From contig OZ024740.1 in assembly GCA_964016885.1 (NCBI GenBank), positions 400,706,001 through 400,770,000 on the forward strand: DNA of 64,000 nt, written 5' to 3'. This DNA is from Eledone cirrhosa (Eukaryota). Shown here piece after piece: positions 1 to 12,012 of the stretch. The notes under the pieces were generated by a model. The model worked only from the letters and a program-made list of their open reading frames with translations. It had not been told where the DNA came from and did not search any database. The position numbers were made by a program, and so were the translations under genes. Position 1 is the first letter of the stretch. Every line of letters starts with the position of its first letter.

Positions 1-396
1 ATTTCAAATCCGTATACAAATTCAGAAGGTTTCACGAACACAGGCATCAGGGAGACTCAGTGATCTGATAGCCAGGAAGCCCTTAAATAATTACATCCTC
101 TCTTTAAAAAATATATATATAATGACAAGAATGTCGTAGACCACAAACTACAACACACTTGTGTATAAACTTCAATAACAGCCCGCGCTCTCAAAATATT
201 TACCAATTTTAATTAGGATTCTCGCCCAGCTAAAGGATGCTCATTATAACCTGTTATGATTGGTTTTAGAGTTTTTCAAGATTTGCTTCGTGTACAGTAT
301 TTTACGGAACATTGATATAAACAAAATAAAAATTATATAATTAACATTGTTTTTATCTTCTTGTGCCTAATTTGCATGCTTCTAAGAATACATAAT

Positions 397-576
397 TGTT
401 TCTACTTTTGGCACGAGGCCAGCAATTATCCAGTACATTACTGGTACTTTATTTTATCGACCCCGAAAGGATGAAAGGCAAAGTTAACCTCGGCGGGATT
501 TGAACTCAGTCCGTAAAGGGAAGTAATTATGCTGCAAAGCATGGCGTCCGACTCTCTACCGATACTGCCAATCCAC
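397..576 (-). mobile_element. tRNA-derived SINE (Meta-like central domain), full length
   Basis: Minus strand has A box TGGCAGTATCGG, B box GAGTTCAAATCC and central GCCTTTCATCCTTTCGGGGTCGATAAAATAAAGTACCAG. TSD AATACATAAT at 387-396 and 577-586. Many copies in the window. Confidence 0.9.
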
Positions 577-2289
577 AATACATAATATTGCAATATTAGT
601 ATCCTGAGGAAGTTCATTGTAGCGTATGCTCAACGGGATAAGGTAATTTCAGGATTGGTTGACAACATCTTATAATTTCAGCAGTATGAACGCAATCCAT
701 ATTAGAATAAAAGTGCTTTATTTATTAATCCCCTTTTAGATTCATTATAACATCTTACTAACATAAACAACTTTCATATCAAGACCAGAAAAGGATCGTT
801 AAATGTTATGCGATTTTTACTTGAATATATAATGCGGATAATCGAGAGTTTACTGGAAATAAGAAAAGAATGAAAACTAATAAAGGATTATAAAAAAGGT
901 ACTTCTACTTCTATTACACAAAGAGAAAAATATAGTAGTTTGGAGATTTTATTAGAAAGTAAAATAAATTATGAAAAAGGAATGGAAAACCAAGAATTAC
1001 GATGATTGATAATATCAATTTGAACAGTAGTTGCCCTATTGCTAAGGAAAGATCGTGGGTTCTTTCCCCAGATAGGGCAATGCATTGAATCTATGGTCAA
1101 AGCACTCATTTTACATTGCTCTATTTGATTCAGCTGAGATTTAGTTCCAACACTAGCTTGTATTAAACTTGCGACGATCTCATATGCCCTGTGCTTTCAG
1201 TCAATTAATATTACATATAGAAAGAGGAAATACGATCGTACAACAACCTGCGTCAGCATGAAAAAAAGGCGCAAAACCAATGATAATATCAAGAGTTGGA
1301 TAGTCATAAAATACAGCAGATACATAAGAACAACAGATGGAAAGGTGCGATGGCAAACAATAATATTCAACAATCTAAAAACATATTATACGGGTTTATG
1401 ACGAGTTGATTGACTTTTGAGATATGTTGGAGATGAGTAGCTGGTTTTGTTCAAAGTATTCTAATTTGTTACACCTACTAAATATTTAGATATATTTTAA
1501 AATCTTTGTTTAATTTTCACCATTGGGCATCTGCAGTTACTAGAACCTATTATCTACACTTCTAACATATTCTATAATAACAGAAACAAACCTAATATCT
1601 AAATTATGGAGAGGAATGTGTAATGTATATTCACTTCTGATTTACAATTGAAACATCGCAAAATCATAAACATAGTTATCATTTATCCTCCTTCACCTCG
1701 TTTTCCCCAATCCTGCTTTCCTTCTGATAACAATCATTATCTTAATCATCCTCACTTATCCTCCATCGCGTCTTCACCAAACATCCTCCTCCACCTCGCC
1801 CTACCTCTCTTCATCATTGTCGTCATCGTTATTATTGTCAATTTAATAATCGGTATTCATATAGGTTTTATTTGTTATATACGGTATTCAAAGAATAAAA
1901 AATGAATTTACCAAAAAAATGAAGGAAAGAAAAATTGAATAATGATGAATACACAAATTATCCCCCTTCCATCTTGCCAACAAATTAAAAGACATAACTA
2001 ATAAATTAAAAGGAAAGTAATGAGTAATGAAATTACAGTAATTAATGGAAATAAAGTATTTTTGCCAGAATAACCCACCTAATCCATGCCAATTAATATT
2101 TTAAACCATTTACCGGTTTTTGGATCTCCAATTTAGATAAAAATGCTTTAAATTAATTTCACTTCGTTTTTCCTTTCTTTTTATTCTGATTTTTAATCTT
2201 GGCAAAAGATTTCATTACTAGCTTTTAATTGGCTAATCAATCTATAGATAAACTGAAATCAATTAACATCCAGAAAGATTACCTGATTG

Positions 2290-2326
<37 letters not shown>

Positions 2327-2342
2327 ATATATATGTATATAT

Positions 2343-2441
<99 letters not shown>

Positions 2442-2548
2442 TGTGTGTGTATGTGTGTATGTGTGTATGTGTGAGTATGTATGTATAATCTGTGTACATG
2501 ATTGTGCTCACGTATGTACATTGCAACTGTGTATAGGTATTTTCACAA

Positions 2549-2616
<68 letters not shown>

Positions 2617-2670
2617 GTGTGTGTGTGTGCAAATGTGAGTGTGTGTGTGTCATTGTGTGTGTGTGTGATT
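2290..2670. repeat. compound (TA)n/(TG)n microsatellite
   Basis: Directly visible; source of spurious YIYI/CVCV ORFs. Confidence 0.95.
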
Positions 2671-3994
2671 TGTGAATAAGATACTATATATATGTTAGTT
2701 GAATGGCCGTACATACTTTATTCTGTTTCAATTTAGTCTCCATTTCTTTTCTCTCTCCACTAAATAAAAGATCAACTGCCACAGAACAAAGAAAGTTTCT
2801 TGTGTAAGCAACAATTACGAAGGTTCAACAAGCTTAAACTTATAAACTACGTCAGGATAAAAAAAACAGCAGCTCGGCGATCGGATTGTTTCCTGAGTGG
2901 AAGGAAGAGAAGTGAAGTTACTTTAAAACATATTTACAAGAGTAGACTGACCCTGTGCCATAATGCTTGAAATACAGTAATCAATATAGATATATTAATG
3001 AAATACAATTTCCCTTTTTTAAGATATTTAATATAGATTTCAACGCTATATCTAGACGATTAGATTGTCATTCTCGGCCACATGAAACTCTTCTTTTGTT
3101 GTTGCTGTTTAGCCACAGTTGGATCGTGATACAGCAGAGGTGTGTCAGTTGTAACTATTAGGTTTTACAAATAATAGATAACTTGGCTCAATTTGTGCAA
3201 TGTATTTTAGTAAGATATTCTGGTTCGGAACCTTTTATTGGGTACAAGTAAGTGAAAAGTTTACTCAGATGAACAACTAATCATTTTATCGATACTCAGG
3301 AATGGTTTTCGTCGGGAAAATGAATCTAAACATGAGTTATCGACATAGATATTGGAAATTAACAGTCCAATTTCTATTTTACCTATTGTTTAAATATTAC
3401 CAAATTTAAATGCAAATGATATCCACTACATTACAGTATGTTACAACAGTACGTCAGTATGTGCGAGTGTCGGAAATCTTGGCTTGCTGACGGCAATCAC
3501 ATCCATATCTAGTGACCTGAGGTGCTTCAGCAGGTAACCCTGCTTCCAGGAAGACATCAGACCTCGGATATTTAAATATCTTCATCTTAAGATGTCCATG
3601 TTGGCAGGCTAAAAGAGAGAGGAAATTTTACTTACCACCCAAGGGCTTTATAAGCCACAAAGGGAACTTTAAAGACGTAATAACAATAACTACTACTACT
3701 ACTACTACTACTGTCAACCATACATCATTTTCATTACACCAATTACTATAGCAGCAGTAATTGTTAATATTAGAATTCCCTTTCAAATCCAAGTCCAAGG
3801 TCACCAGCTTCACAAGCTCCTGTTCACTTGCCTTCCCAAGAAAAATCAGCCATGCATATAATTTTCGTGTGTATATATATGTTTATATGTATGGATGTGT
3901 GTATGTGAATGTATGTGTATATATGTATGTGTACATGTATGTATGTGTACATGTATGTATATGTATAAGTACATGTATATATATATATATATAT

Positions 3995-4680
3995 ACAAGC
4001 AAATTATAAACGTAAACATGTAAGTATGTTTTTTGAAATGGTGCGCGAGTTTGAAATTAGAAATTAGAAATTATAAGCTTTCACCGTATTTTAGACTAAA
4101 GAAATTTCTAGCCTGATAGTGGGGTTTATAACCCTCGGAGAAATGGAAAAAGATGAGTGTTGCCGTACATGGGAGTCGAACCCACATCTTTGGTTATCCA
4201 GACCACTGTGCTACCATTACACCAATACACATCCCATCTCCTTCCATTCGAATTAGAAGCCATGAACTTAGCAAGTGTACGGCAACACTCATCTTTTTCC
4301 ATTTCTCCGAGGGTTATAAACCCCACTATCAGGCTAGAAATTTCTTTAGTCTAAAATACGGTGAAAGCTTATAATTTCTAATTTCTAATTTCAAACTCGC
4401 GCACCGTTTCAAAAAACATACTTACATGTTTACGTTTATAATTTGCTTGTTTATCATTCACTTGCTAAGTTCATAGCTTCTAATTCGAATGGAAGGAGAT
4501 GGGATGTGTATTGGTGTAATGGTAGCACAGTGGTCTGAATAACCAAAGATGTGGGTTCGACTCCCATGTACGGCAACACTCATCTTTTTCCATTTCTCCG
4601 AGGGTTATAAACCCCACTATCAGGCTAGAAATTTCTTTAGTATAAAATACGGTGAAAGCTTATAATTTCTAATTTCTAAT
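3995..4680 (+). mobile_element. non-autonomous element with ~291-nt unit: inverted copy (3995-4277) plus partial tandem (4276-4680), PLE-like architecture
   Basis: TGTACGGCAACACTCATC recurs at 4276 and 4567. 3995-4277 is the reverse complement of the unit. TA-rich tracts on both flanks. Diverged copy at 46385-46592. Confidence 0.8.
4505..4575 (+). ncRNA. tRNA-like Pol III unit inside the 291-nt element (second copy on - strand, ~4160-4232)
   Basis: A box TGGTGTAATGG (4512-4522), B box GGTTCGACTCC (4554-4564), anticodon-like stem TGGT/ACCA, T-stem GTGGG/CCCAT, TTTTT just downstream. Acceptor stem is imperfect. Confidence 0.65.
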
Positions 4681-4699
4681 ATATATGTATATATATACG

Positions 4700-4912
4700 T
4701 TAGTATAAGGGTAGCTATGGTGCTTACATAGGCGGTAAGCCAAAATTAGCACTCAATATTCATACAGAGCAGAGTGTGAATAGTATAAAAAAACGAAAAA
4801 TCAGTGATGCATCTGGACTCAGTTTATTGCGTGTTACAATTATTTCGCCGGCAGGTAGCTCGAGATATGATCACTGTATGGATCCGGCTGATTCTACGGC
4901 TGCAGGTTCCTA
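4700..4912 (-). mobile_element. 3' fragment of a PLE-like non-coding element (3' half of hammerhead plus bulged hairpin)
   Basis: Minus strand reads GCCGG...CCGGC-GAAAU-AAUU-GUA, then AATAAA, then CACUC...UU-GAGUG (4750-4776). Related tail at 49400-49485. Confidence 0.55.
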
Positions 4913-5118
4913 TATATATATAACCTGATTAGTTCTTTCGTTGTTTTTGGTATTCTATGGTTGGGTTTTGCCTACCGCACTTTTCAATTTGTCAAGCTTT
5001 TAAACGTAATGTTATTACTCTAAGGACCTATCCTTATTGAGTGCTTTGCTACTCATTTATATTGTAGATCGACTTTGCTTGGCCACAGCCAAAGCTTCGA
5101 TTTTACTAAGCTTCCACT

Positions 5119-5166
<48 letters not shown>

Positions 5167-5282
5167 AAGAAATTAAAAGATGGTTATAAACTGTTGAGTG
5201 CTACTTATCCGATATATGCATAGTTTTATTGTTCTACAATAAAACTCACCTCCTACATATATATATATATATATATATATAC

Positions 5283-5417
5283 AATATGTAAAAAAGATAA
5301 CACACGAGTGAGAAGGAGAGAGAGAGAGAGAGAGAGAGTGTGTTTATTAATATACAGGGAAAACCTGTGGAATCTATAAACTATGGAATCTATAAACTAC
5401 AAAAAGGTGAGGTAGAC
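5283..5417 (-). repeat. inverted copy of part of the hammerhead element at 7760-8105
   Basis: Reverse complement of 7919-8022 (GATAACACACGAG...AATATACAGGGAAAAC...GGAATCTATAAACTACAAAA.GGTGAGGTAGA), with a (GA)n expansion. Confidence 0.9.
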
Positions 5418-5426
5418 GCATAATAA

Positions 5427-7755
5427 CACCATGTAACAAAAAAAAAATGTTCTCTGTTGCTGGCTTTTAATCACTTTTTTTTGTGTTGCTTAGGTCCCAA
5501 ATAAATAAAAAAGTGCTATTAAACAGTTACAACTTTGGGTTTGTAAAAATTCTAAGCTATTCACTAGAATTATTTGTATGCTGGATTTTACGTTGTATGT
5601 AAGTTTAATTTGCTTATGTTAAATGATTTTTCAGGTTAAATTAAAATTATAAAATAAAGAGTAATACCTAAAGAAAATTATAAAAGTGCAATAAAGTATA
5701 AAATTGTTAAAAAGTGGATTAAAGAGATTTATTGATACTGGATTTTCGCACCCTGAATAAAGAGTAAGTTGTGTTTTAAGCACGAATTTTCATTAGTATG
5801 ATTAGTGTTCTTTTATATTATTTAAATATGTATTTCCCTTTCCAATATTTATTTTGTATTGCGCATATCAAATTTATTTTCTATTTTAGGTTTCGATTAT
5901 GACATTAGACTTGTAATTAAAAATTTCTTTCATTGAACTGCACTGCAATTTGTTTTCAAATTTGATGACTTTAGCCTGAATTACCCTACTTATTTTATAC
6001 ATGTATGTTCATTTAACATGTTTTTATTTATACTTTCAGATCTATAAGATCTATATTTTCTGACTGCATGTATTTCTATATTTTGAGAATGGCATCAAGA
6101 GGCCGCCGGCACCACCCTGACTCTTTCTGTTTTATATGCGGTGAGTATATAAAGAAGAGAGACAAAAAATTCTCCTTGGAAACGTCGGTGGTTTGTGAAG
6201 CCTACCAGAAGTACTTCGGGATGCCAGTTGGAGACCAGGACAAGCCCTGGGCCCCTCACTACTGTTGTGAGCACTGTAAGAAGATGCTGGAAGAGTGGCT
6301 GCGAGGTAAGAAAAGGTCCCTGAAATTCTCCAACCCACGGGTCTCGTTAGAGCCAACAGACCACGCCACAAACTGCTTTTTTTTGCATGGTGGATGTTAA
6401 CAAGCGGCGGAAAGGAAAGAATGCTGCTGATGTAGATTATCTGGTCTTTCATCATCAATTGCTCCAATTCCTCACTGCTCCAAATATCCCGTGCCAGTGC
6501 CACCTGCTCCAGATGAAGTCCAATACAAGTATTCTGATGAAGAGGAGGGGAGGGATGCTGATTACCTGCCTGAGGTACAAGAAAAAGTTCCTCACTTCCC
6601 AAACCTAAAAGAAGTCAATGACTTGGTCAGGTATATGGGTCTGACCAAGTCCAATGCAGAGCTATTCGTCTCCAGGATGAAGCAGTGGAACTTGGTCAAG
6701 GAGGAAGTGCAGTTGACAAGTCAGAGAAGTCGACACGAACCTTTCTCAGGCTTTTACACTCTTAGGGATGGCCGCTGCTTCTGCCATGACGTGCCTGGAC
6801 TGTTTGACGTTATTGGGGTGCCGTTTGTGCCTAAGGAGTTGCGGATATTTATAGACAGCTCCACCACAAGTTTGAAGGCTGTCCTCCTCCACAATAGAAA
6901 TAAGTTCCCGACACTGCTCCTAGCTCATTCAGTCTGCCTGAAGGAAGAATACTACAGTGTGAAAGTCCTCTTGGAAGCTCTGCAATACAGCCAGTACAAT
7001 TGGGAAATCATTGGAGAATTCAAGATGGTGGCTTTCCTGATTGGACTCCAAGGAGCCTTTATCAAATTCCAATGCTTCCTCTGCCTTTGGGACAGCAGAG
7101 CCACCTCTGACCACTACAAAAGAAAGAACTGGGAGCAGCGAACAGAATTTGTAGTTGGGACCCGGAACGTCATGTGGGAGCCACTGGTTGATCCCAGGAT
7201 TGTGCTCATTCCGCCACTGCACATTAAGTTGGGGTTGATGAAGCAGTTTGTGAAGGCTCTCAACCAAGAATCAGCCGCTTTTAAGTACCTTCTTGAGTTC
7301 TTCCCCAAGTTATCTGAGGCCAAAATCAAAGGTGGAATTTTTGTTGGACCTAAGATACAGAAGGTGTTTGAGTTTACCGAGTTCTCCAATAAGCCCAATA
7401 GGATTGAGAGAACAGCATGGAACTGTTTCAAGGCAGTTGTTAAGGGCTTCCTGGGCAACTACAGAGCTGAAAACTACCAGCAACTGGTGCAGGATCTGAT
7501 AAAGGCTTTTGGCACCATGGGATGCAGGATGTCGCTTAAACTCCATATGCTGGACGCTCACCTGGAAACATTCAAGGACAATATGGGCGCCTACTTAGAA
7601 GAACAAGGCGAACGATTCCACCAAGATGTGAAAGAGATAGAGCGGAGGTACCAGGGACACTACAATGAAAAAATGATGGGGGACTATATCTGGGGGCTAG
7701 TGCGGGAATGCGACCTGGACTACAACCGCAAATCCAGGAAATCCAGTCATTTCTT
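5427..7755 (+). mobile_element. CMC-superfamily (Chapaev3-like) DNA transposon lacking its right end
   Basis: Starts CACCATGTAACAAAA after TAA. AT-rich leader with intron-like TTTCAG/TTTTAG acceptors, then the transposase. No matching right TIR found. Confidence 0.7.
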
Positions 7756-7792
7756 AGAGTGGTCTGGAATGTATTCGCTTAACACACGCTGA
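6089..7792 (+). pseudogene. DDE transposase of CMC/Chapaev3 type, two frameshifts (~6385 and ~6450-6490)
   Basis: N-terminal PDSFCFICG, DQDKPWAPH and CCEHC; catalytic region FIDSS..SLKAVLLH, CFLC (C2C), PPLHIKLG (LH), HMLDAH (H4H), EQGERFHQD. The ORF runs into the hammerhead element after ...RKSRKSSHF. Confidence 0.85.
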
Positions 7793-8105
7793 TGAACCTG
7801 AGTGTTTTCATTCCATTCACTAATCTTTTGGCGAAACAAATTTCTTTGGGTTTGTACGTGTGTGATATATAGTTATAAAGGTGGGTAAATTCATTTTACT
7901 TTATATTTTTAATTATTATCTACCTCACCTTTTGTAGTTTATAGATTCCATACACTGGTAGTTTTCCCTGTATATTGATAAACACACTCTCTTACTCTCG
8001 TGTGTTATCTTTTCTACATATTATATTTGAAAAGCTCAGGATTCCTTTTCTTTCGAGCACATCATTTACAGGGACTAACGCGAGTCTATGACCCCGTTAA
8101 TTTAT
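7760..8105 (+). mobile_element. hammerhead-bearing PLE-like (pLTR/retrozyme-like) non-coding element
   Basis: Hammerhead at 7782-7863, bulged hairpin GCUC..UC-GAGC at 8034-8058, ends in (TA)n. Inverted partial copy upstream at 5283-5417. Confidence 0.7.
7782..7863 (+). ncRNA. type I hammerhead ribozyme motif
   Basis: Stem I ACACACG/CGUGUGU, CUGAUGA (7789-7795), GAAA (7833-7836), stem III ACAAAUUU/GGGUUUGU, cleavage triplet GUA (7854-7856). Stem II is imperfect, with an A.C closing pair. Confidence 0.75.
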
Positions 8106-8129
8106 TTATATATATATATATACATACAT

Positions 8130-8406
8130 ATATAATAAAAGGACGATTTGTTATGTCTTCATTACGTTTATTGAGTAGTGATGAGCGTTTCGCTATTGAT
8201 CTGCTCAAGGTTCGATCTGAATCGATCTGGCCCGACTCTGGAATGAAAAGCTCGTCGGACATCTGCTGTGGTAATAAAGACATAAAAAATCGTCCTTTTA
8301 TTATTATATTTACACTCTGCTTAGTTCTCCACCTCTTTATAGTCTGGATACTACGCATCGAGTGCTCACTTGGGTGAACCTAAGGTTACTGCATGTTTCA
8401 CTCCCT
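8130..8406 (+). mobile_element. short foldback PLE-like element in (TA)n
   Basis: Inverted arms 8132-8165 and 8271-8304, degenerate GAAA-AGCUC-GUC hammerhead half, bulged hairpin at 8314-8363. Confidence 0.55.
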
Positions 8407-8424
8407 ATATATATATATATATAT

Positions 8425-9138
8425 TACCATCCTATACTTTGTTTACAGTAACCACACAGCCTGGTTTGTTTCTTGAAATTTTGTATTTACCGCTGTGACC
8501 CCACTCTACCTGTTTTGCGCGATATGTTGTCCTACCACGCTTTCATATCGATTTTCTCCTTCTCTCTCTTCATTTTCTCTCTCTCTCTCTCTCTTTCTCC
8601 CCCCCCCTCTCTATCCATCTGCTCGTTTTCGATCTGGTTTCACACATGTCGTAAACCCGTTTTGGATTATCTCCCTTTCCCTTCTCCCTCTCACTTCCGG
8701 GTTCTCCGGCTTGCTCTCTCTCTCTACACTCACGTTGCTGAGATCGCATGGAAAAACCTCGCTCCGTGTTATATGACCACAGGACTTAAGTCCAATCGGT
8801 TCGTTGTAAATTATTCTATTTTCTCCTCAGTTACTCACTTGCATGTGCCATTGTCCTAGGTTCCCATTCCATTCGGTTTGTTTACTTCATTTTTTCCTCT
8901 TCCCTTTTTTTCTCTTTCTTCCTCTCTCTTCAATATCTTATCTTTTCTTTCCCTCATGGCCTTTTGATTGATAAAAGGCCTTGTGCGCGCTGCTGATCGA
9001 TTTCGATGGCCTGTTTTAAATGCCGAAATATCTATGATCTACAGATAACAGCTGATGAAGGGTTTCTTCTCTTGTTTACGTCCACATTACCACCCTACAC
9101 TTTGTTTACAGTAACCACACAGCTTGCTTCGTTTCTTG

Positions 9139-9148
<10 letters not shown>
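8425..9148 (+). mobile_element. ~660-bp unit with terminal direct repeat between (TA)n tracts (PLE-like partial tandem)
   Basis: TACCA.CCTA.ACTTTGTTTACAGTAACCACACAGC..G.TT.GTTTCTTG.AATTTT at 8425-8482 and again at 9087-9145. CTGATGA at 9052 has no clean fold. Confidence 0.5.
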
Positions 9149-9207
<59 letters not shown>

Positions 9208-9332
9208 ATATGACTCAGGAATGAAAGAAGGAAAATAAAATAAAATAAGAAAAAGAAAACGAAGAAAAGAAAACAATGGAAGCCATTGAAATTAGGGATG
9301 GGGGCCATAACATATTCGTCACATTATTAATG

Positions 9333-9513
9333 GCGGATTGGCAGTATCGGTAGAGGGTCGGACGCCATGCTTTGCAGCAAAGAGTTACGGCCCTTTATGG
9401 CCTAAGTTCAAATCCCGCCGAGGTTGACTTGCCTTTCATCCTTACGGGGTCGATAAAATAAAGAACCAGTAATGCACTGGGTAATTAATGGCCTCGTGCC
9501 AAAAGTAGAAACA
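9333..9513 (+). mobile_element. tRNA-derived SINE (same family as 397-576)
   Basis: A and B boxes, central domain, TSD ATTATTAATG at 9323-9332 and 9514-9523. Confidence 0.9.
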
Positions 9514-9600
9514 ATTATTAATGATAAAATTAGGAAAATTAACAAAGAGAGGACAAGAAAACGAACCAATTTGTCCATATATACGTACACACATACACAT

Positions 9601-9656
<56 letters not shown>

Positions 9657-9983
9657 CTGTGTGTGTCTGTGTAGTACGTATATATTTTTTTATATTTTCG
9701 TTTTTCTTATATAGACAAAGAATGCTAGCCTTTGAATTTCTTTTCCACCTATTCAAAGAATTTCCTTTCTTTCTTCCCATTCTTTCTACCCGACCTCCTA
9801 CTTCACTCGTCTTCCAACCCCTCGTCTTCCAACCCTTGATATCTGCTCTTTAAAATAGGGCCCCATCATCACCAACACCATCCATAGCCACGAGTAAATC
9901 TGCAACTATCAACATCTCTCTATGCCATCTCTTCATACGAATGAAATAGTTCTCTTCCTGTAGAAACCATTTCTATATTATAT

Positions 9984-10558
9984 AATTGTTTCTACTTTTG
10001 GCATAAGGCCAGCAAGCCCTCCATTGCGTTACTGGTGCTTAATTTAATCGACTCCGTGAGGATGGAAGTCAAATCGGTGGGATTTAAACTCAGAACGTAA
10101 AGGGTTATAACTCTATGCTGAAAAGCATGGTGAATGACGCTCTAGCGATTACTGGCAACTCACCGCCCATTTCTATATTAAACAATTGTTTCTACTTTTG
10201 GCACAAGGCCAGCAATTATTCCATTGTATTACTGGTACTTTATTTTATCGACCCCGTAAGGATGAAAGGCAAATTATCCTCGGCGGGATTTGAACTCAGA
10301 ATGGCAAGGGCCGTAACTCTATGCGTCAAAGCATGGCGTCAGACCCTCTACCGATACTGCCAATCCACCTATATAATTGTTTCTACTTTAGGCACAAGGC
10401 CAGCAAATTACCCAGTGCATTACTGGTACTTTATTTTATCGACGCCGTAAGGATGAAAGGCAAAGTCAACCTCGGCAGGATTTGAACTCAGATCGTAAAG
10501 GGACGTAACTATGCTGGAAAGCATGGCGTCCGACCCTCTACCGATACTGCCAATCCAC
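9984..10558 (-). mobile_element. three head-to-tail SINE copies (9984-10166, 10184-10368, 10374-10558)
   Basis: Three consecutive matches to the SINE. CCATTTCTATATTA is duplicated at 9967-9980 and 10167-10180. Confidence 0.9.
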
Positions 10559-10594
10559 AGCCAATGATATATATATATATATACACACACACAT

Positions 10595-10626
<32 letters not shown>

Positions 10627-10773
10627 GTGTGTGTGTATGTGTGTGTTTATTTATGTGTGTGTATGTATGTGTATGGAATGAATGTAAAGTGCAAGAGAAA
10701 AATGAGAGAATCAGTTATTAAATATTCTTCTTTACCTGTTTGTACTTATTCTTTTCAGCTTCGTACCTTTTTG

Positions 10774-10831
<58 letters not shown>

Positions 10832-11797
10832 CATACATAATAATTATTACTTTTAATGACCTCCTCTTAGAAAAATCTAATAAAATATATATGATCAATA
10901 TAAATCCAGAAATAACAATGTTGAAAAGGGAACGAAAGTTCCAGACATTTACCTTAGAATTCTAGTAAACTTGTTACATTATTTTATTGCTTTTCTTTCA
11001 TTGTTGCCAAGTTAACCGATTAGAAGCTTAAATTAAATATATTTATCCTAGACCGAATCTAATATGGCGGAAAAGTTTTCATCATGGGATTCGCTTAAAT
11101 ATTTACTGTTATTTTTTGTTCTCCTGGGCACATTTAAAAACTCAACAAAATATCCCCAGGCAAAATTAGTGAAGGTCTGTGGCACACATGAAAATCATTC
11201 CAAATTTGTGAGATAGCAGACTTGGCATTCTTCGAAAACTATTAGTGATATCGTGTCGTATTAATTATACTTACTCCTGCCTAACTACATTTTTCTCTCT
11301 TCCTGTTTTTTTTTTCTACAGGAATGTTTATTTAGTATTCCGTGATAAATTCATGTTTAATTTAAAATAAATCTGAACTGAGTTGCAAATATTTATTTCC
11401 GTTATATGCTGCAAATATAAGTGGTCGTACACACACGTACACATATGCGTGCGCGCTCACACACACATGCATATATATATATATATAGAGAGAGAGAGAG
11501 GGAGAGACAGAGAAAGTGAGAGAGAGAGAGAGAAAGATAGAGATGTGTTTTTTTGTATGGTTGTGTGTATATTAATGCATACAAAATATGGCTTTTTTTT
11601 TTAGTAAGGAAGATTGGGGATGTTTTAATAAAGAAAGTGGTGCAGATAGTATTTATATATGTTCAAAGACATTATTGGTCTAAGTGGAAAGAATTGAAGC
11701 GAGCTTGGCAGATGTATTAGCTGAGAATGTACTACATTTATAGTAAAAAAAAATTTTGCTTTACTTTCCACATCATTATCGTTGCAAAAAGGAGGGC

Positions 11798-12012
11798 GGT
11801 GGATTGGCAGTATCGGTAGAGAGTCGGACGCCATGTTTTGCAGCATAGAGTTTCGGCCCTTTATGGTCTGAGTTCACATCCCACCGAGGTTAACTTTGCC
11901 TTTAATCCTCACGGGGCCAATAAAATAAAGTACCAGTCACGCACTGGTGTCGATTTAATCGATTTTCTATCCCCAAAAATTGCTGGCCTTGTGCCTATAT
12001 AAGAAACCATTA
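11798..12012 (+). mobile_element. tRNA-derived SINE, long-tail variant
   Basis: Same head and central domain; tail contains TCGATTTAATCGA hairpin; TGCAAAAA on both flanks. Confidence 0.85.

Noticed and set aside
4505-4575. Bona fide tRNA gene
   Set aside because: Acceptor stem is poor, the anticodon loop differs between the two copies (CUGAAUA vs CUGGAUA), and it lies within a repeat.
5283-8022. Long TIRs of the transposase-bearing DNA transposon
   Set aside because: The right arm is internal to a hammerhead element that continues past it to 8105, and a separate CAC-type terminus starts at 5427.
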